This document shows positions 43,337 through 54,908 of a stretch of DNA of 64,000 bases, one piece after another. Numbering within the stretch: position 1 is the first letter of the stretch; each line of letters starts with the position of its first letter. Both the position numbers and the translations under genes were made by a program. The notes under the pieces are model-generated. The model was not told the origin of the DNA, did no database searches, and saw only the letters and a list, made by a program, of their open reading frames with translations. The stretch lies in contig CAVYSY010000032.1 in NCBI GenBank assembly GCA_963771175.1, forward strand, positions 32,001 to 96,000, in the 5' to 3' direction. Source of the DNA: an uncultured delta proteobacterium (GTDB lineage Bacteria; Myxococcota; Myxococcia; Myxococcales; Myxococcaceae).

Positions 43337-44585
43337 ATGTCTCCGGAGCACCCACTTCCCCTCTCATTCGAAGATCCAGCACCTCTGCTCAGGTGGCTAT
43401 CAGGCGAAGGACCAGAGCCCGATCGAATCGAATTGCTCTATCTGGCCCATACCTGGGTCCGCCTTGTCATAAGCATGCGGTCGATCGAAGACCCTCGTGC
43501 CAAGACCGTAGTCGATAGAGCCACTGCGTTTCTCACGGCCTGCCTGGCAGGACAGGGCGGAGAGGCTGGCTCGTTATTAGTCAAAACACTGGTACGAGAT
43601 CCGAGAAAGTTCGATCCCAAGGCATTCGCGGACAGGTTCCGGCTTGAGCACGTCACCAGCTTCGAGCGGATTGAAAAGCTGGCCAACGAAATATCGCTCC
43701 GCCTTGTTCCATCCGAGGAACTGGAGGACACGCGGCATACGATTCGTTACGTGCTCATCGAACTCCTTCGGAACTCGGTGCAGCACAGCCATTGGCCCAG
43801 CGGGGGGGTGGTCGCTGCGGATCTTGGTGATGTGGGGCAGGGACAAAAAATGGTGCAGGTGACGGTAGCCGATCTGGGAATTGGAATTCCCACCAGCCTC
43901 CAGACGCTCCACCCCACGCTGACCAGCCCTGAAGCCGCGCTGGAGAAAGCTCTCTGGCCGCACATCTCCGGCACGTTCGAGGAGGGCCTGACTGGCACCC
44001 AGCAGAACGCGGGAATGGGCCTCTTCTTCATCGCCGAGATGGCGAAGCTCACGGGAGGAACGCTGCTCATTGCCTCGCGAGGGGCGACCCTGCTGCTCTC
44101 CGGCTACACGGATGAAGAGGGAGGTCACACGTTGCGGTTCATCGAGCCCCGTGGAACGGGCTTCCCTGGGACACTCGTCGTCTTCGAGCTTCCCGTGGGC
44201 AGTGTCGGGGACTATCCCTCGCTCATCGAGACCATCAAGGAACGAGCGAAGCAGCGGACTCCGGCTCGGACAACACACCGATGGATCCGGTTCGATCCCC
44301 GCCCCTTCAGGGGCCACGCGGATCGAAGTGCGCACCCAGGCGGAAGACACCTCGGCGGCCATGCGCGTGGCCCAGCAAGAGCTCACCCCTCGAATCTTCC
44401 AACGCGAGCCGGTGCTCCTCGACTTCGCGGGCCTGAACATCGTCACGCAGAGCTACCTGCATGCGCTCCTGTTCGAGCCGCTCCGTCTCGCATGGGCGCT
44501 GCGCACCCCCATCCACGTGGCGAACGTGGAACCGGCGGTACGCAGCACCCTCGAGCTCCTCGAGAACTACGCGCTCGCGGGTTGA
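43337..44585 (+). CDS. HATPase_c (anti-sigma-kinase-like) protein fused to a C-terminal STAS-like (DUF4325-like) domain (frameshift near 44300)
   Basis: IELLRNSVQHS (N box), ADLGIGI (G1), NAGMGLF (G2), GTLVVF; then VLLDFAGLNIVTQSYLHALL; 5' part is visibly more AT-rich than the flanks. Confidence 0.75.
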
Positions 44586-44604
44586 GCCCCGACCCTGATG
44601 ACGC

Positions 44605-45522
44605 TCACGGCGTGTACTTCACCGTGCGCGTCACCCAGGACATGCCGCCGCGCCCGTCGCGCACCACCACCCAGAAGCGCACCTCCTGGGCTTGCGCGTC
44701 CTGCGGCGGCCGCCACTCCGCCCGGTGCCGCTCCTCCTCACCGTCGATGCCTGTCCCGCCCGTCTGATTGGGGGAGATCGTCCCCAGCGTGCTCTGCCAG
44801 GCCAGCTCCCACGACTCCTGGAGATACACCGGCTTCAGCTCGAAGGAGGGCACGATGTACTCCTCCTCCAGCGAGGAGAAGTCCGGCGCCTCCAGCTTGA
44901 AGGGCCCCGGGCCGGACAGCTCGCGCGGCACCTCCGCCTCCCACGGCTCGCCCTCCAGCAGCAGGCCCGGCAGCGCTGGCTGCACGTTGGGAGTCATCTC
45001 CGGGAAGAAGCGGCAGCCGTACACCATCAGCTTCTGCGCGTACACCTGCTCGCCGCCACCGCGCACCCACAGCACCAGCGGCAGGCGCAGGCCGCCCAGC
45101 CCGTTGTAGATGTCGTTCTCGAGCACCTTCTGCGCGAGGAAGGTGCCATCCGGCAGCCGTGCCGTGCCCGGGCCCGGGAAGAGGTCGATCACCAGCTCGC
45201 CGCCCTGGGTGATGCCGCGGGCCAGCTCCACCCGGTCCTTGGTGCAGGTGTCGTCGTCCGCGTCCGCGCAGGCCCACAGGGTGTAGTCGAGCTCGCGGCC
45301 GTTCCCGACCGGGTCCGGAATGAGCGCGGTGAGGCGCACCGGGCGCAGGAGCGCATCGGCGATCGCCGTGGGATCGGTGGAGCACGTCTCGGCGAAGACC
45401 TCCGGCGGATCCATCCGCATGGCGAGCACGCGCAGGTCCTTCACCTTCGACGGAGTGTCCTCGGGCCCCACGCAGCCAGCGCACAGCAGCAGGCCCAGGG
45501 CGGCGTACAGGAAGTGGCGCAT
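44605..45522 (-). CDS. Lipoprotein partner of the TonB-dependent receptor
   Basis: Lipobox LCAGC; KVKDLRVLAMRMDPPE; WVVVRDGRGG; 2 bp downstream of the receptor. Confidence 0.8.
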   Translation of the reverse strand: MRHFLYAALGLLLCAGCVGPEDTPSKVKDLRVLAMRMDPPEVFAETCSTDPTAIADALLRPVRLTALIPDPVGNGRELDYTLWACADADDDTCTKDRVELARGITQGGELVIDLFPGPGTARLPDGTFLAQKVLENDIYNGLGGLRLPLVLWVRGGGEQVYAQKLMVYGCRFFPEMTPNVQPALPGLLLEGEPWEAEVPRELSGPGPFKLEAPDFSSLEEEYIVPSFELKPVYLQESWELAWQSTLGTISPNQTGGTGIDGEEERHRAEWRPPQDAQAQEVRFWVVVRDGRGGMSWVTRTVKYTP

Positions 45523-45524
45523 GA

Positions 45525-48194
45525 CTAGAAGCTCCCCTTGACGCCGACGACCGGGAGGATCGGGATGCCGGGCACCTCGAAGACCTCGCGGTAGCGGTAG
45601 TCGTAGAAGGTCGCCTCCACGTTGGAGGCGTTGTAGACGTTCTGCACGTCGACGTAGGCCGCGAGCGTCCAGCTCTGGAAGAGCCAGCTCTTCTCCAGCC
45701 GCAGATCCAACTGGTGGAAGGGCTTGAAGCGGATGGAGTTGGTGGCCCCGAAGGTGCCCGAGAAGTTGTTCCGGTCCACGTCGTAGCGGTCGAAGGTGTG
45801 CTGCAGCGGCGTGGTGGGCCGGCCGGTGACGTAGCGCATGCGCGCGCCCAGCTCCATGCCGTACGGCAGCCGGTAGCTGGCCACCGCGGTGAGGATGTGC
45901 GTCTGGTCCCAGGTCGTCAGCCGGTAGTCGTCGCCCCCCACGCGCCGCTGCTCGGAGCGGTTGAGCGTGTAGGCCAGCCAGCCGAAGAAGTCGCGCGTCA
46001 CCGCGTGCCGCAGCATCACCTCCACGCCGTACGCGCGCCCCAGCCCCCGGTTGGAGTACGGGAAGCGCGTCAGCGTGCCGTCCTCGTTGCGCACCGTGTC
46101 TCCCGGGGAGACGACCAGCTCGTAGCGCCGGTTGAAGTAGCCGGTGACGTCCACGCTGATGGCGTCGGTGAGCTGCTGCTCCACGCCGAGGCTCGACTGG
46201 AAGGAGCGCTCGTGGGTGAGCGCCGGGTTGCCCAGGGGCGCCGGCTCCAGGTTGAAGGCTTCCGGCGGCTGGCTGTAGAGGCCCAGGCTGCCCTTGAAGC
46301 TCGTCTTCTCCGTGGGCTGCACGCGCACCCAGAGGCGCGGGTCGTAGGTGTAGCGGTCGTGCCCGTAGATGCGGGCGTAGGTGGCGCGCAGGCCGGGCGT
46401 CAGCGTCACCGGCCCGGCCTTGAGGTCCAGCTCCGCGTAGAGCGCGCCGTCGAAGGTGTTGGCCACCCGCTTGATGGACTGCATCTCCACCTTCGGCTCG
46501 GCGCCGGGGAAGGGCGCGTACTGGATGCCGCCGATGACCGGGAGCTGTCCCTCGCCCACCGCATGCTCGAACCGCACGTCCGCGCCGGTGCGCGCGGTGA
46601 GCCAGGGCAGCAGCTCCAGCGACAGGTCCTCGCGGGCTCCGAGCGACCAGACGCTCGCATCGAGCTTCGTCTGGCCAAAGCCAAGGCTCGCCAGGTCGTA
46701 GCCCGCATACGGGGTGAACACCGAGGTGAAGCGCCCGAGGCGGTACGTCCAGTCACCCTTGAGCCGGTGGAAGAGCGTGCGCACGTCCACGGAGACGTCA
46801 CGGTTGCGCCCGCCGCCCGAGGCCACCACGTTCAGCAGGTCGTCCGAGCCGAAGGCCATCACGTACCCGGTGCTGCGCCCGCCGGGGCCCGGCTCGCTCC
46901 CGCGCTTCGCGCCGAAGTCCACCCGCACCTGGTAGTCCCAGTAGCGCGGCAGCACGAGCAGCGTGCCACCCTCGGGGTCCTCGGGCAGCACCACCGGCAG
47001 CAGCACGTCCACGTACGAGCGACGCGCGGCACCGGCCACCGAGATGCCCTCGGCCACGGGCGCCTCGACGAAGAAGCCCGAGTCCAACAGGTCCACCTTC
47101 ACCGAGCCGTGCAGCGTGTCACTGGCGCCCTTGCGTGTGGCCACGTCCACCGCGCCGCCCACCGCTCGGCCGTAGCGAGAGCCGAAGCCACCCGGGAAGA
47201 AGTCCACCCGGTCGATGAGCTCGGCGTTGAGCACCGAGGGCCCACCGCCCAGGTGGTAGAGCAGCGGCACCTCCACGCCGTCGAAGAAGGTGAGCGTCTG
47301 GTCCGGCGCCGCGCCGCGCACGATGAGCTGTCCGGAGATGAAGGGCGCTCGCGCCACGCCGGGCAGGTTCTGCAGCACGCGGATGGGGTCTCCGAAGGTG
47401 CCCGGCACCTTCTGCAATTCCTGACGCTCCAGGGTGCGGCGCACCACCTCCTTCTTCTCGCGCGCGCCACGCACCACCGTCTCGTAGCCCGGGGCCTTGG
47501 GCAGCAGGTAGAAGATGACCTCCGTCCTCTCGTCGGGAGCGAGCTCCTCCTTCGTCGTGAAGAGGTGGAAGTCGTTGGCCACCACGCGCACGTCACAGGT
47601 GCCAGGCGTCACCTTCAGGGTGAAGCGGCCCTCCGCGTCGGAGAGGGCCTCGGGTGCCTCGGGGTCGTCTCCGCAGCGCACCGTGGCTCCGCCCACGCGC
47701 GAGCGGCTGCCACGCGCCAGCAACTGCCCGGTGAGGGTGGCCTGCGGCGGGGGCGGCGGCGGCGCGGACTCCTCCACCTTCGGCGGCTGGAGGACGAAGT
47801 TGTAGACGTACTGGATTTGAATGGGGGCCGGCGCGCCGTCGACCTCGGCCGGAGTGAACTGGAACTGCCGCACCGCCGCGAGCGCCGCCTCGTCGAAGCC
47901 GTCACCGACGGGCTTCGTCACCTGCGCGTCGGACACCTGGCCCTTCTCGTCGATGGTGATGAGCATCTCCACCGACGCCGTCTTGCTGGCCGCGGCGGCA
48001 TCCGGCGGGTAGGCGGCTTCCACGAAGTGGACGAGCTCGGGTGCCTTCGTCAGCACCGGGGTATGGACACCCGCGTCCACCTCCTCCCTGCGTGCTCCTT
48101 CGTAGGCCTGAGCCCACGCTCGCGCGGAGGAAAGGGAGAGGACGGCGAGCAGCAGCCAGAGGGCGGAGCGGATCGGGGGCACGGTGACGGGCAT
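45525..48194 (-). CDS. TonB C-terminal domain + TonB-dependent receptor
   Basis: Signal peptide; YPPDA..FDEAALAAVRQFQFTPA TonB-C; plug VPGTFGDPIRVLQNLPGV..YGRAVGG; barrel ending GVKGSF. Confidence 0.9.
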   Translation of the reverse strand: MPVTVPPIRSALWLLLAVLSLSSARAWAQAYEGARREEVDAGVHTPVLTKAPELVHFVEAAYPPDAAAASKTASVEMLITIDEKGQVSDAQVTKPVGDGFDEAALAAVRQFQFTPAEVDGAPAPIQIQYVYNFVLQPPKVEESAPPPPPPQATLTGQLLARGSRSRVGGATVRCGDDPEAPEALSDAEGRFTLKVTPGTCDVRVVANDFHLFTTKEELAPDERTEVIFYLLPKAPGYETVVRGAREKKEVVRRTLERQELQKVPGTFGDPIRVLQNLPGVARAPFISGQLIVRGAAPDQTLTFFDGVEVPLLYHLGGGPSVLNAELIDRVDFFPGGFGSRYGRAVGGAVDVATRKGASDTLHGSVKVDLLDSGFFVEAPVAEGISVAGAARRSYVDVLLPVVLPEDPEGGTLLVLPRYWDYQVRVDFGAKRGSEPGPGGRSTGYVMAFGSDDLLNVVASGGGRNRDVSVDVRTLFHRLKGDWTYRLGRFTSVFTPYAGYDLASLGFGQTKLDASVWSLGAREDLSLELLPWLTARTGADVRFEHAVGEGQLPVIGGIQYAPFPGAEPKVEMQSIKRVANTFDGALYAELDLKAGPVTLTPGLRATYARIYGHDRYTYDPRLWVRVQPTEKTSFKGSLGLYSQPPEAFNLEPAPLGNPALTHERSFQSSLGVEQQLTDAISVDVTGYFNRRYELVVSPGDTVRNEDGTLTRFPYSNRGLGRAYGVEVMLRHAVTRDFFGWLAYTLNRSEQRRVGGDDYRLTTWDQTHILTAVASYRLPYGMELGARMRYVTGRPTTPLQHTFDRYDVDRNNFSGTFGATNSIRFKPFHQLDLRLEKSWLFQSWTLAAYVDVQNVYNASNVEATFYDYRYREVFEVPGIPILPVVGVKGSF

Positions 48195-48273
48195 GTATGG
48201 GGTCCTTGCCTGCCGGACAGCCCGCGACTCTACCCGCCTTCGCTCCAAATGCGGTTGCTCCCTTGCCGCTCCC

Positions 48274-49098
48274 TCACCGGAAGATGCCCCCTGGGGGCTT
48301 CCAGAGCAGGTAGCCGTGGTCGAGCAGCCATGCGTCGGTCGAGATTCCCACAACCTGAGAGGCCAGCCGGAGCACGGAGTGACGGAAGGCCTCGGGAGGC
48401 TCCGTGTGTCCCACCTCCCGAGCCTCCCGCCACGCCTCCGTCCAATCGGCGAAGAAGGCGTGGATGGGTTCTCCGGGCTTCACCCGGCGGCGGAAGTCCC
48501 GGGGCAGCCAGTCGCGGAAGAGGACGGGCGCGAAGCCCCGGCTGAAGTCGGTGTGGAACAGCAGGGCCTCGCGCGAGAGCCCCTCCGGAACGCGCCGGAG
48601 CAGGTGCGCCACGAGCACGGCCCCGGACGTGTCCGTGCTGCCCTCGACGAGCAGCCCCCCTTCGAGCAGCGCCGCGCCCACCTTCTCGTGGATGCCGGGC
48701 ACCTCCTCGGGGCGATACCCGCGCAGCAGGTTCATGGCGCGGATGAGGCGGACGGTCTCTCCGGGACACAGGGGCAGGTCGAACCCGCCCTCCCGGAAGT
48801 CGGTGAGGGCATCGGCATGGGCTCGGGCGGGCTCCACCCGCTGGGGCTCCAGCTCCACCCCCACCACCGGGAGCCTCGGGTTGACCTCGCGGAAGACCCG
48901 GGCGCTCTCGAGCGTGGTCCACGGGTGCTCGCCGAAACCGAGGTCCACGAAGACGGCCCGCGCCCACTCGCCCTCGTCGCGAGTCAGCAGCTCGCGCTCG
49001 GAGTGGAGCAGGAACATGTCGAGCGCTTGGAGGCGCTGGTGAGCCGTTCTTCCTCGCGTCTTCCTGTCCAGGGACGTCATGGCTTGGGGCCGAACCAT
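48274..49098 (-). CDS. Putative SAM-dependent methyltransferase
   Basis: VFVDLGFG, VVGVEL, FREGGFDLP, LIRAMNLLRGY, GGLLVEG. Confidence 0.65.
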   Translation of the reverse strand: MVRPQAMTSLDRKTRGRTAHQRLQALDMFLLHSERELLTRDEGEWARAVFVDLGFGEHPWTTLESARVFREVNPRLPVVGVELEPQRVEPARAHADALTDFREGGFDLPLCPGETVRLIRAMNLLRGYRPEEVPGIHEKVGAALLEGGLLVEGSTDTSGAVLVAHLLRRVPEGLSREALLFHTDFSRGFAPVLFRDWLPRDFRRRVKPGEPIHAFFADWTEAWREAREVGHTEPPEAFRHSVLRLASQVVGISTDAWLLDHGYLLWKPPGGIFR

Positions 49099-49159
49099 GC
49101 CCTATCCCTGAGTCTCCCGCGCGCCTCGCGGGAGGACGTGGTGCGCGAGGGCTCCGACT

Positions 49160-49603
49160 TCAGGCGACAGACGCCAGCTGATCCACGGGGACGCGGTTCT
49201 GCGAGCCGAAGAGGGCCGTCTCCTCGTGTTCCATGTCGAGAAGGACGGCATGGGTCATCGCCGCGATGATCTCCCCGAGCCGCTGCGTGGCATGGACCGC
49301 GGCGATGCGCCCCGGGAACGAGGCGATCAGCGTTCGCTGGTGGACGTGGTTGTGCTCGACCTCCGCGAGGTGCTCGGCGGCGGGGCCATGACCCTCACGC
49401 GCGAGCTCCTTCAGGAGCCGCTCCTCGTCGGTCATGTGGCGCAGGAGCTCGTCGGTGAGCTGCTGGGCGCCCTTGCGCAAAGTCTCCTCACACGAGCTGT
49501 CACCCGCCGCCACCATCTGGGCCACGTCACCGATATCCACCAGCAACGCGCGGAGCATGTGGTGCTGCGCGAGAACCTGGTTCTTGAGGTCTTCGATCTT
49601 CAT
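49160..49603 (-). CDS. Hemerythrin/HHE cation-binding domain protein
   Basis: QHHMLR, HMTDEE, HNHVHQR, DMEHEE four-helix pattern. Confidence 0.75.
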   Translation of the reverse strand: MKIEDLKNQVLAQHHMLRALLVDIGDVAQMVAAGDSSCEETLRKGAQQLTDELLRHMTDEERLLKELAREGHGPAAEHLAEVEHNHVHQRTLIASFPGRIAAVHATQRLGEIIAAMTHAVLLDMEHEETALFGSQNRVPVDQLASVA

Positions 49604-49734
49604 GAGCGCTCTCCACCCCGGGGCATGGGGGATGCCTCGGGCCGCTATGTCCCGATTCGAAACCGGAGCAGTGCAAGGGATGGGCCGTGCCGCTCGCTCC
49701 CCTGGGAAGCGACGTCCAGTCCAGGAGTACGAGT

Positions 49735-50496
49735 TCAGGACCGCGAAAATCTTGCGCGTCCGCTCACCGCTCCGGACACATCTTGCGCCGAGAACCGATA
49801 GAGGGCCGCGGGCTTCGAGGCCGTCCGCCGCACTCCTGGCGCCCTCTCCAGCACTCCGTCCTCGATGAGCCGCGTCACCTTCCGGCGGAAGTTCCCCGGA
49901 TCCTGCGGCTCGCCCTTCACCGCCGAGAACACCGTGCGCAGTTCGGGAATGGTGAAGGTCTCCGGCACCAGCGAGAACGCCAGCGACGAGGTGTCCAGCT
50001 TGTCCCGCATCCGCTCCAGCGCCACCCGGAGGATGTCCTCATGGTCGAAGGCCAGTGTGCCCTCGCGCAGTTCCGCCACCGGACTCCAGCACGTCTCCGC
50101 CGCGTCTCCGCCCGCGCGCACCCTCAGCGCCAGGTCCGACCTCACCAGCGCGTAGTACGCCACCGAGAGGACCCGCATGCGGGGATCCCGTCCCGGCCGG
50201 CCGAACGTGGCGAACTGCTCCAGCAGCACGTCCCCCACCCCGAGCCCCGTCTCCTCCTCCAGCTCGCGCGCCGCCGCCGCGTCCAGGTCCTCCCCCTGGT
50301 TCTCCACCCCGTCCCCTACCCGCAGGAAGCCACCGGGCAGCGCCAGCTTCCCCTCGAAGGGGGGCTCGCCCCGGCGCACCAGCAGCACGTTCAGCGCGCC
50401 GTCCAGCAGCGTCAGGATGACCAGGTCCACCGCCACCGCCGGGCGCGCGTATGCCGCCAGCGACTCGCGCGCCCGAAGGACTTCCGGTGCCCTCAC
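49735..50496 (-). CDS. nrtR: NrtR family Nudix-wHTH transcriptional regulator
   Basis: AVDLVIL, ALPGGF, AAARELEEETGL, GRDPRMRVLSVAY, LAFDHEDIL, FTIPELR..NFRRK..PAALYRF; GTGA overlap with pncA. Confidence 0.9.
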   Translation of the reverse strand: MRAPEVLRARESLAAYARPAVAVDLVILTLLDGALNVLLVRRGEPPFEGKLALPGGFLRVGDGVENQGEDLDAAAARELEEETGLGVGDVLLEQFATFGRPGRDPRMRVLSVAYYALVRSDLALRVRAGGDAAETCWSPVAELREGTLAFDHEDILRVALERMRDKLDTSSLAFSLVPETFTIPELRTVFSAVKGEPQDPGNFRRKVTRLIEDGVLERAPGVRRTASKPAALYRFSAQDVSGAVSGRARFSRS

Positions 50497-51464
50497 ACGT
50501 CCACCGGGTCGGTGGTCCGTACCACCTTCATCCCCGCCTCCCGGAACGTCCGCATGGCCTCGTTCGCCACACGCGGGAAGTCCAGCCCCGGCGGCAGCGG
50601 GTCCAGCGGCGGCGCCGGCACCGGGCTCATCGCGTCCTCCAGGATGTGGATGCGCCCCATCTTCGAGCGGTCCGTCGCCTCGATGTGCTGCTTCAGGTCC
50701 AGCAGCGTCGACAGCACGCAGTGCGACTTCGCCTGCCCGAACACGTACACCCGGTCGAACGTCAGCAGGTGGTCGAAGAGGTCCTGGTTGAACTCGCCCA
50801 CCTTCCGCCCCGCCACCTCCGTCACCTCGGGCGACAGCACCGAGTAGTTCTCCGTCAGCGGCTCCTCGCCCTTCTGCTCGAAGCGCGTCTGCGTGTCCCG
50901 CGCCACCGAATGGAAGAGGCTCGCCTCCATCACCGCCGGCAACAGTGCGTGACTCAGTCCGCCGAGCAGCGCGTGGTACGGCCACACCGTCAGCACGTAC
51001 CGGCCCGTCGCCTCCAGCCGCTCGCAGTAGGCCAGGCTCTCCTCCGGGTAGCGCGTGGCCCGCCACTTCCCCGAGCGAATCTCCGCCGCCGTAATGGGCG
51101 TCAGCGGCGCCGGCTGCCGGCCCTCCGCGTCCGCCCACCACGCCGGGTGGAAGATTTGAAACACGCGGTGGGTGTCGAGCGAGAACACCAGCCCGGTGAT
51201 GCGATCCAGGTGCGAGTACAGCCAGCGCAGCGTGCGCTGCGTGTCCTCCACCGCGCCGGGGACGAAGAGGCTCGCCTCCGGCTGGCAGAACGCCACCTGC
51301 ACGTCGATGCCGAAGGCGGCGATGCGCACAGGGTCCTCGCGCGCCGGCTTCACCTTGTTGGCCACCGCGTAGCGGCGGGCCTCGTCGGTCACCTGCGCGG
51401 CTCGCTCCAGGTACAGCGCGCCCACGCGCTTCTCGTCATGGAACTGGGGAATGGGCAACGGCAT
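50493..51464 (-). CDS. pncA: Nicotinamidase (long isochorismatase-family type)
   Basis: IDVQVAFC..LFVPGA, SLDTH, VWPYHALLG, KG..ENYS, GQAKSHCV, LEDAMSPV. Confidence 0.85.
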   Translation of the reverse strand: MPLPIPQFHDEKRVGALYLERAAQVTDEARRYAVANKVKPAREDPVRIAAFGIDVQVAFCQPEASLFVPGAVEDTQRTLRWLYSHLDRITGLVFSLDTHRVFQIFHPAWWADAEGRQPAPLTPITAAEIRSGKWRATRYPEESLAYCERLEATGRYVLTVWPYHALLGGLSHALLPAVMEASLFHSVARDTQTRFEQKGEEPLTENYSVLSPEVTEVAGRKVGEFNQDLFDHLLTFDRVYVFGQAKSHCVLSTLLDLKQHIEATDRSKMGRIHILEDAMSPVPAPPLDPLPPGLDFPRVANEAMRTFREAGMKVVRTTDPVDV

Positions 51465-51481
51465 GGCGTCCTCCTGGAAGA

Positions 51482-52946
51482 TCAAGAATGGTGCGCGGGG
51501 CCTTGCGGGAAGTGCCGCTGGCGCAGTTCCACCACCAGCGCCTGCGTGGCCGGCGTATAGGCGACACGCTGATCATCGGCCCCGGCCGGGGGAATGGCGG
51601 AGGCGGCCTCGGGCGTGGCTGCCGGAGAGCAGCGCAGTAGCCCTCGGGCACCGACTCTCCCTCCTGCCCGATGAGCCCGATGGGCCCCGTGCCGCTCCGG
51701 CGCCGGAACACCACCGGCACGCCCGGGATGCTCTGCTTGCCCTCGGCCAGCTCGTTGCCGAACTTCATCGTCGGCACGTGCGCCCGTGCTGCGACAGCTT
51801 GTAGACCGCCGCCACCCGGTCCCGCGTGAAGGGGCTCGCCATGGTGCGCGCCACGATGTAGCCGCCGTAGCCGTAGAACTGCTCCGACGGCTTCCAGCCC
51901 ACCTGGCTCCGCAGCTCCTCGAACTCGCGCGTGGCCTGCGCGTCGAGCCCGTCCTCGAGGATGTGCACCGGGCGGATGCCCAGCTCCTTCGCCCGCGACG
52001 ACCGCGTAGCGGTACTGCGCTTCTTGTCGCCCGAGTCGAAGCGGATGGAGTCCCCCGCGCTCGGGCTCCTCGTGGATGAGCCGGAAGGCCGTCGGCAGGC
52101 CCGAGCGCGAGCGTGTCGTAGGTGTCGAGCAGGTAGCTCGAGCGCTGCGGCCGCCGCTCGCGCATGGCCCGGAAGGCCGCCTCGTCGGAGCCGTAGCGCT
52201 GCACGTGCTCGTGCCCCATGGTGCCCACCGGAATCATCCCCAGCCGCTGCGCCCCGAGCACGTTGCTGGTGCGCGTCACGCCGGCCTCGCTTGCAGGCCT
52301 CGCAGCGCGAGCTCGTGCTGCTCCAGGCAGGTCGCCGCGCGCAGCCCCACCTCGAAGATGCGGCTCGGGTCCTCCACCACGTCCACCAGGTCGCGCACCA
52401 CGCGCCGCACCCGCGCGTGGTAGCCCTCGGCGTCCACCGTCATGGGCACGCGGCTTCACCCCCACCGCGTCCAGCGTCTCCAGGGCGATGTCGCTTCTGC
52501 TCCTCGCACGACAGCACCGCGAGCGCCTCGCCAGGGCCTCGCCGGTCCGCCAGCGCCTGCGTGGCCACCTGGATGCGGAAGTTGAGCTGCAGCAGCAGCG
52601 GCTCCAGCCACGACACCAGCGCCGAGGGCCCGGTCACCGAGAACACCGGCTCGCGCGGGTAGAAGCGCGCGCCCTTCGGCAGGGCGCGGATCGACCAGCT
52701 TGTCCCGGCGCTGGATGGCCGCCTTGAAGCCCGCGCCCATCTCGTAGCTCGTGCGCGGCCAGGTACGCGTAGTCGCTCTCGGTCGGCTCCGGGCAGCAGC
52801 GCGCGCACGTAGCACTCGAGGTCCAACGGCACCACCTGCTGCCCGCCCTTGCGGTGCGAGTAGTAGAAGGTCTCACGACGCAGCGGCCAGCCGGCCTCCG
52901 CCATGCTGAACTTGTAGCCGTCCGTCGCGAGCAGCGAGTTCCCCAT
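51482..52946 (-). CDS. pncB: Nicotinate phosphoribosyltransferase (heavily frameshifted)
   Basis: LLATDGYKFSM, FEVGLRA, TSNV, GTMGHEHVQ, LLDTYD, IRFDSGD, VYKLS, MKFGN..GKQSIPG. Confidence 0.85.
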
Positions 52947-52979
52947 GTGAACCTCCGGGGAGGAAATCTATCGAGTAGA

Positions 52980-53002
52980 GAAAGAGTCAGCAACACTCTT
53001 TC
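52980..53002. promoter_or_regulatory. NrtR operator (palindrome with GT-N7-AC core)
   Basis: GAAAGAGT-CAGCAAC-ACTCTTTC, perfect 8-bp inverted arms, ~35 bp upstream of the pncB ATG. Confidence 0.8.
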
Positions 53003-53022
53003 CCCCTTGGGGGCGGGAATGG

Positions 53023-54200
53023 GTGCGAAGGGTGGTTGAATTCGGTCCGCGATGCCGGACTCCCGCCGCCGACTGCTGCTCGCGCTCGCTCGTCAGCCTC
53101 GGCGCACATGCCCTGTTGTGGCTGTGGGTGGAGGTACGGCGCCCTTCCGAGGAGCAGCGGACGGAACCCAAGCCCGCCCAGGCGACGCTCCAGTTCGTCG
53201 AGGTGGAGGTGGCACCCCCGTCCGAGCCACCGAAGCCCCCGCCACCGAGCCCCAAGCCTCCGCCGAAGCCCGCTCGCCGCGAGCCCCCCGCCGTCGCGCA
53301 GGTGCCGAAGCCACCTCCTCCCGCGCGCACCGAGCCCGCGCCCACCCCGGTCGAGCCTCCCGCGGTCACCGAGGCGCCCCCACCGAGCGACATGCCCCGA
53401 GCGGACACGCCTCGCGCCGAGGGCCCCCGCCTGGGCGCTTCGCGACTCCTGCCCTCGCCGTCGCTCTCGTGGAGCCCCGAGGGAGGCGTCGCCGTGCCGG
53501 ACGCGGGCGTGCCCGTGCCCTCCACTCCCGAGGAGAAGGTGGCCGACATGGTGCTGGAGGGCGTGCGCCGCGGGAAGGTGGATCGCGGGCTGGTGCACCC
53601 CTACTTCTCCGAGCTGGGCAAGTCCCTGCTGAAGAGCTGGGACGCGGAGCGCGCCGTGAGCGCGAAGGGCCTCAAGGGCTTCCTCGACCAGAGCCGGGGC
53701 AACTCGAAGGAGTGGATGCGCGTCTGGCAGGACCGCGCGACGGCCTACTCCAGCACGGGCTCACCGCTCAACACCGACTCGCCCGAGGCCTACGACCGCC
53801 TGCCGCACGGCGGAGACCCGTCCCTCGAAGCGCGCCGCACCCTGCGCCGGCAGATGCGCGAGGACTTCCGGGCCACCCGCCGCGCCATCGTGCGCGTGGT
53901 GCAGGACACGATGGGACGACTGCTCAGCGTGGAGCTCGTCACCCCCAGCAACGACTTCCAAGTGGACCGAGAGGCGATCGTCGACATCCGTGCCGCCGCC
54001 GAGCGCCTCCCCGTCCCGCCACCCGAGGCCCTCCAGGGCCGCACGCGGCTCGTGAGCCTGTGGCAGATCGAGCTCATCATCTCCATCAGCCCGCCCGTCC
54101 CCACCGTCAGCATCGAGTTCGACGCGGAGATGAAGCTCTCGGACATGCGGATGCCGCTCGACCGCCGTCTCTACAAGCGCGTGCGGCTGCTCGAGGTGCG

Positions 54201-54204
<4 letters not shown>
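53023..54204 (+). CDS. Pro-rich TonB/TolA-like membrane-anchored protein (start uncertain)
   Basis: SLGAHALL TM motif, Pro-rich spacer, C-terminal VELVTPS..VDREA..AAERLPVPP. Confidence 0.6.
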
Positions 54205-54872
<668 letters not shown>

Positions 54873-54908
54873 GTCGCTTCTTCTTGGACCTCGCTCGTCC
54901 GGGGTCCT

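Noticed and set aside
45714..48545. 943-aa plus-strand ORF and similar long antisense ORFs
   Set aside because: Stop-poor reverse frames of real high-GC genes (here the TonB receptor).
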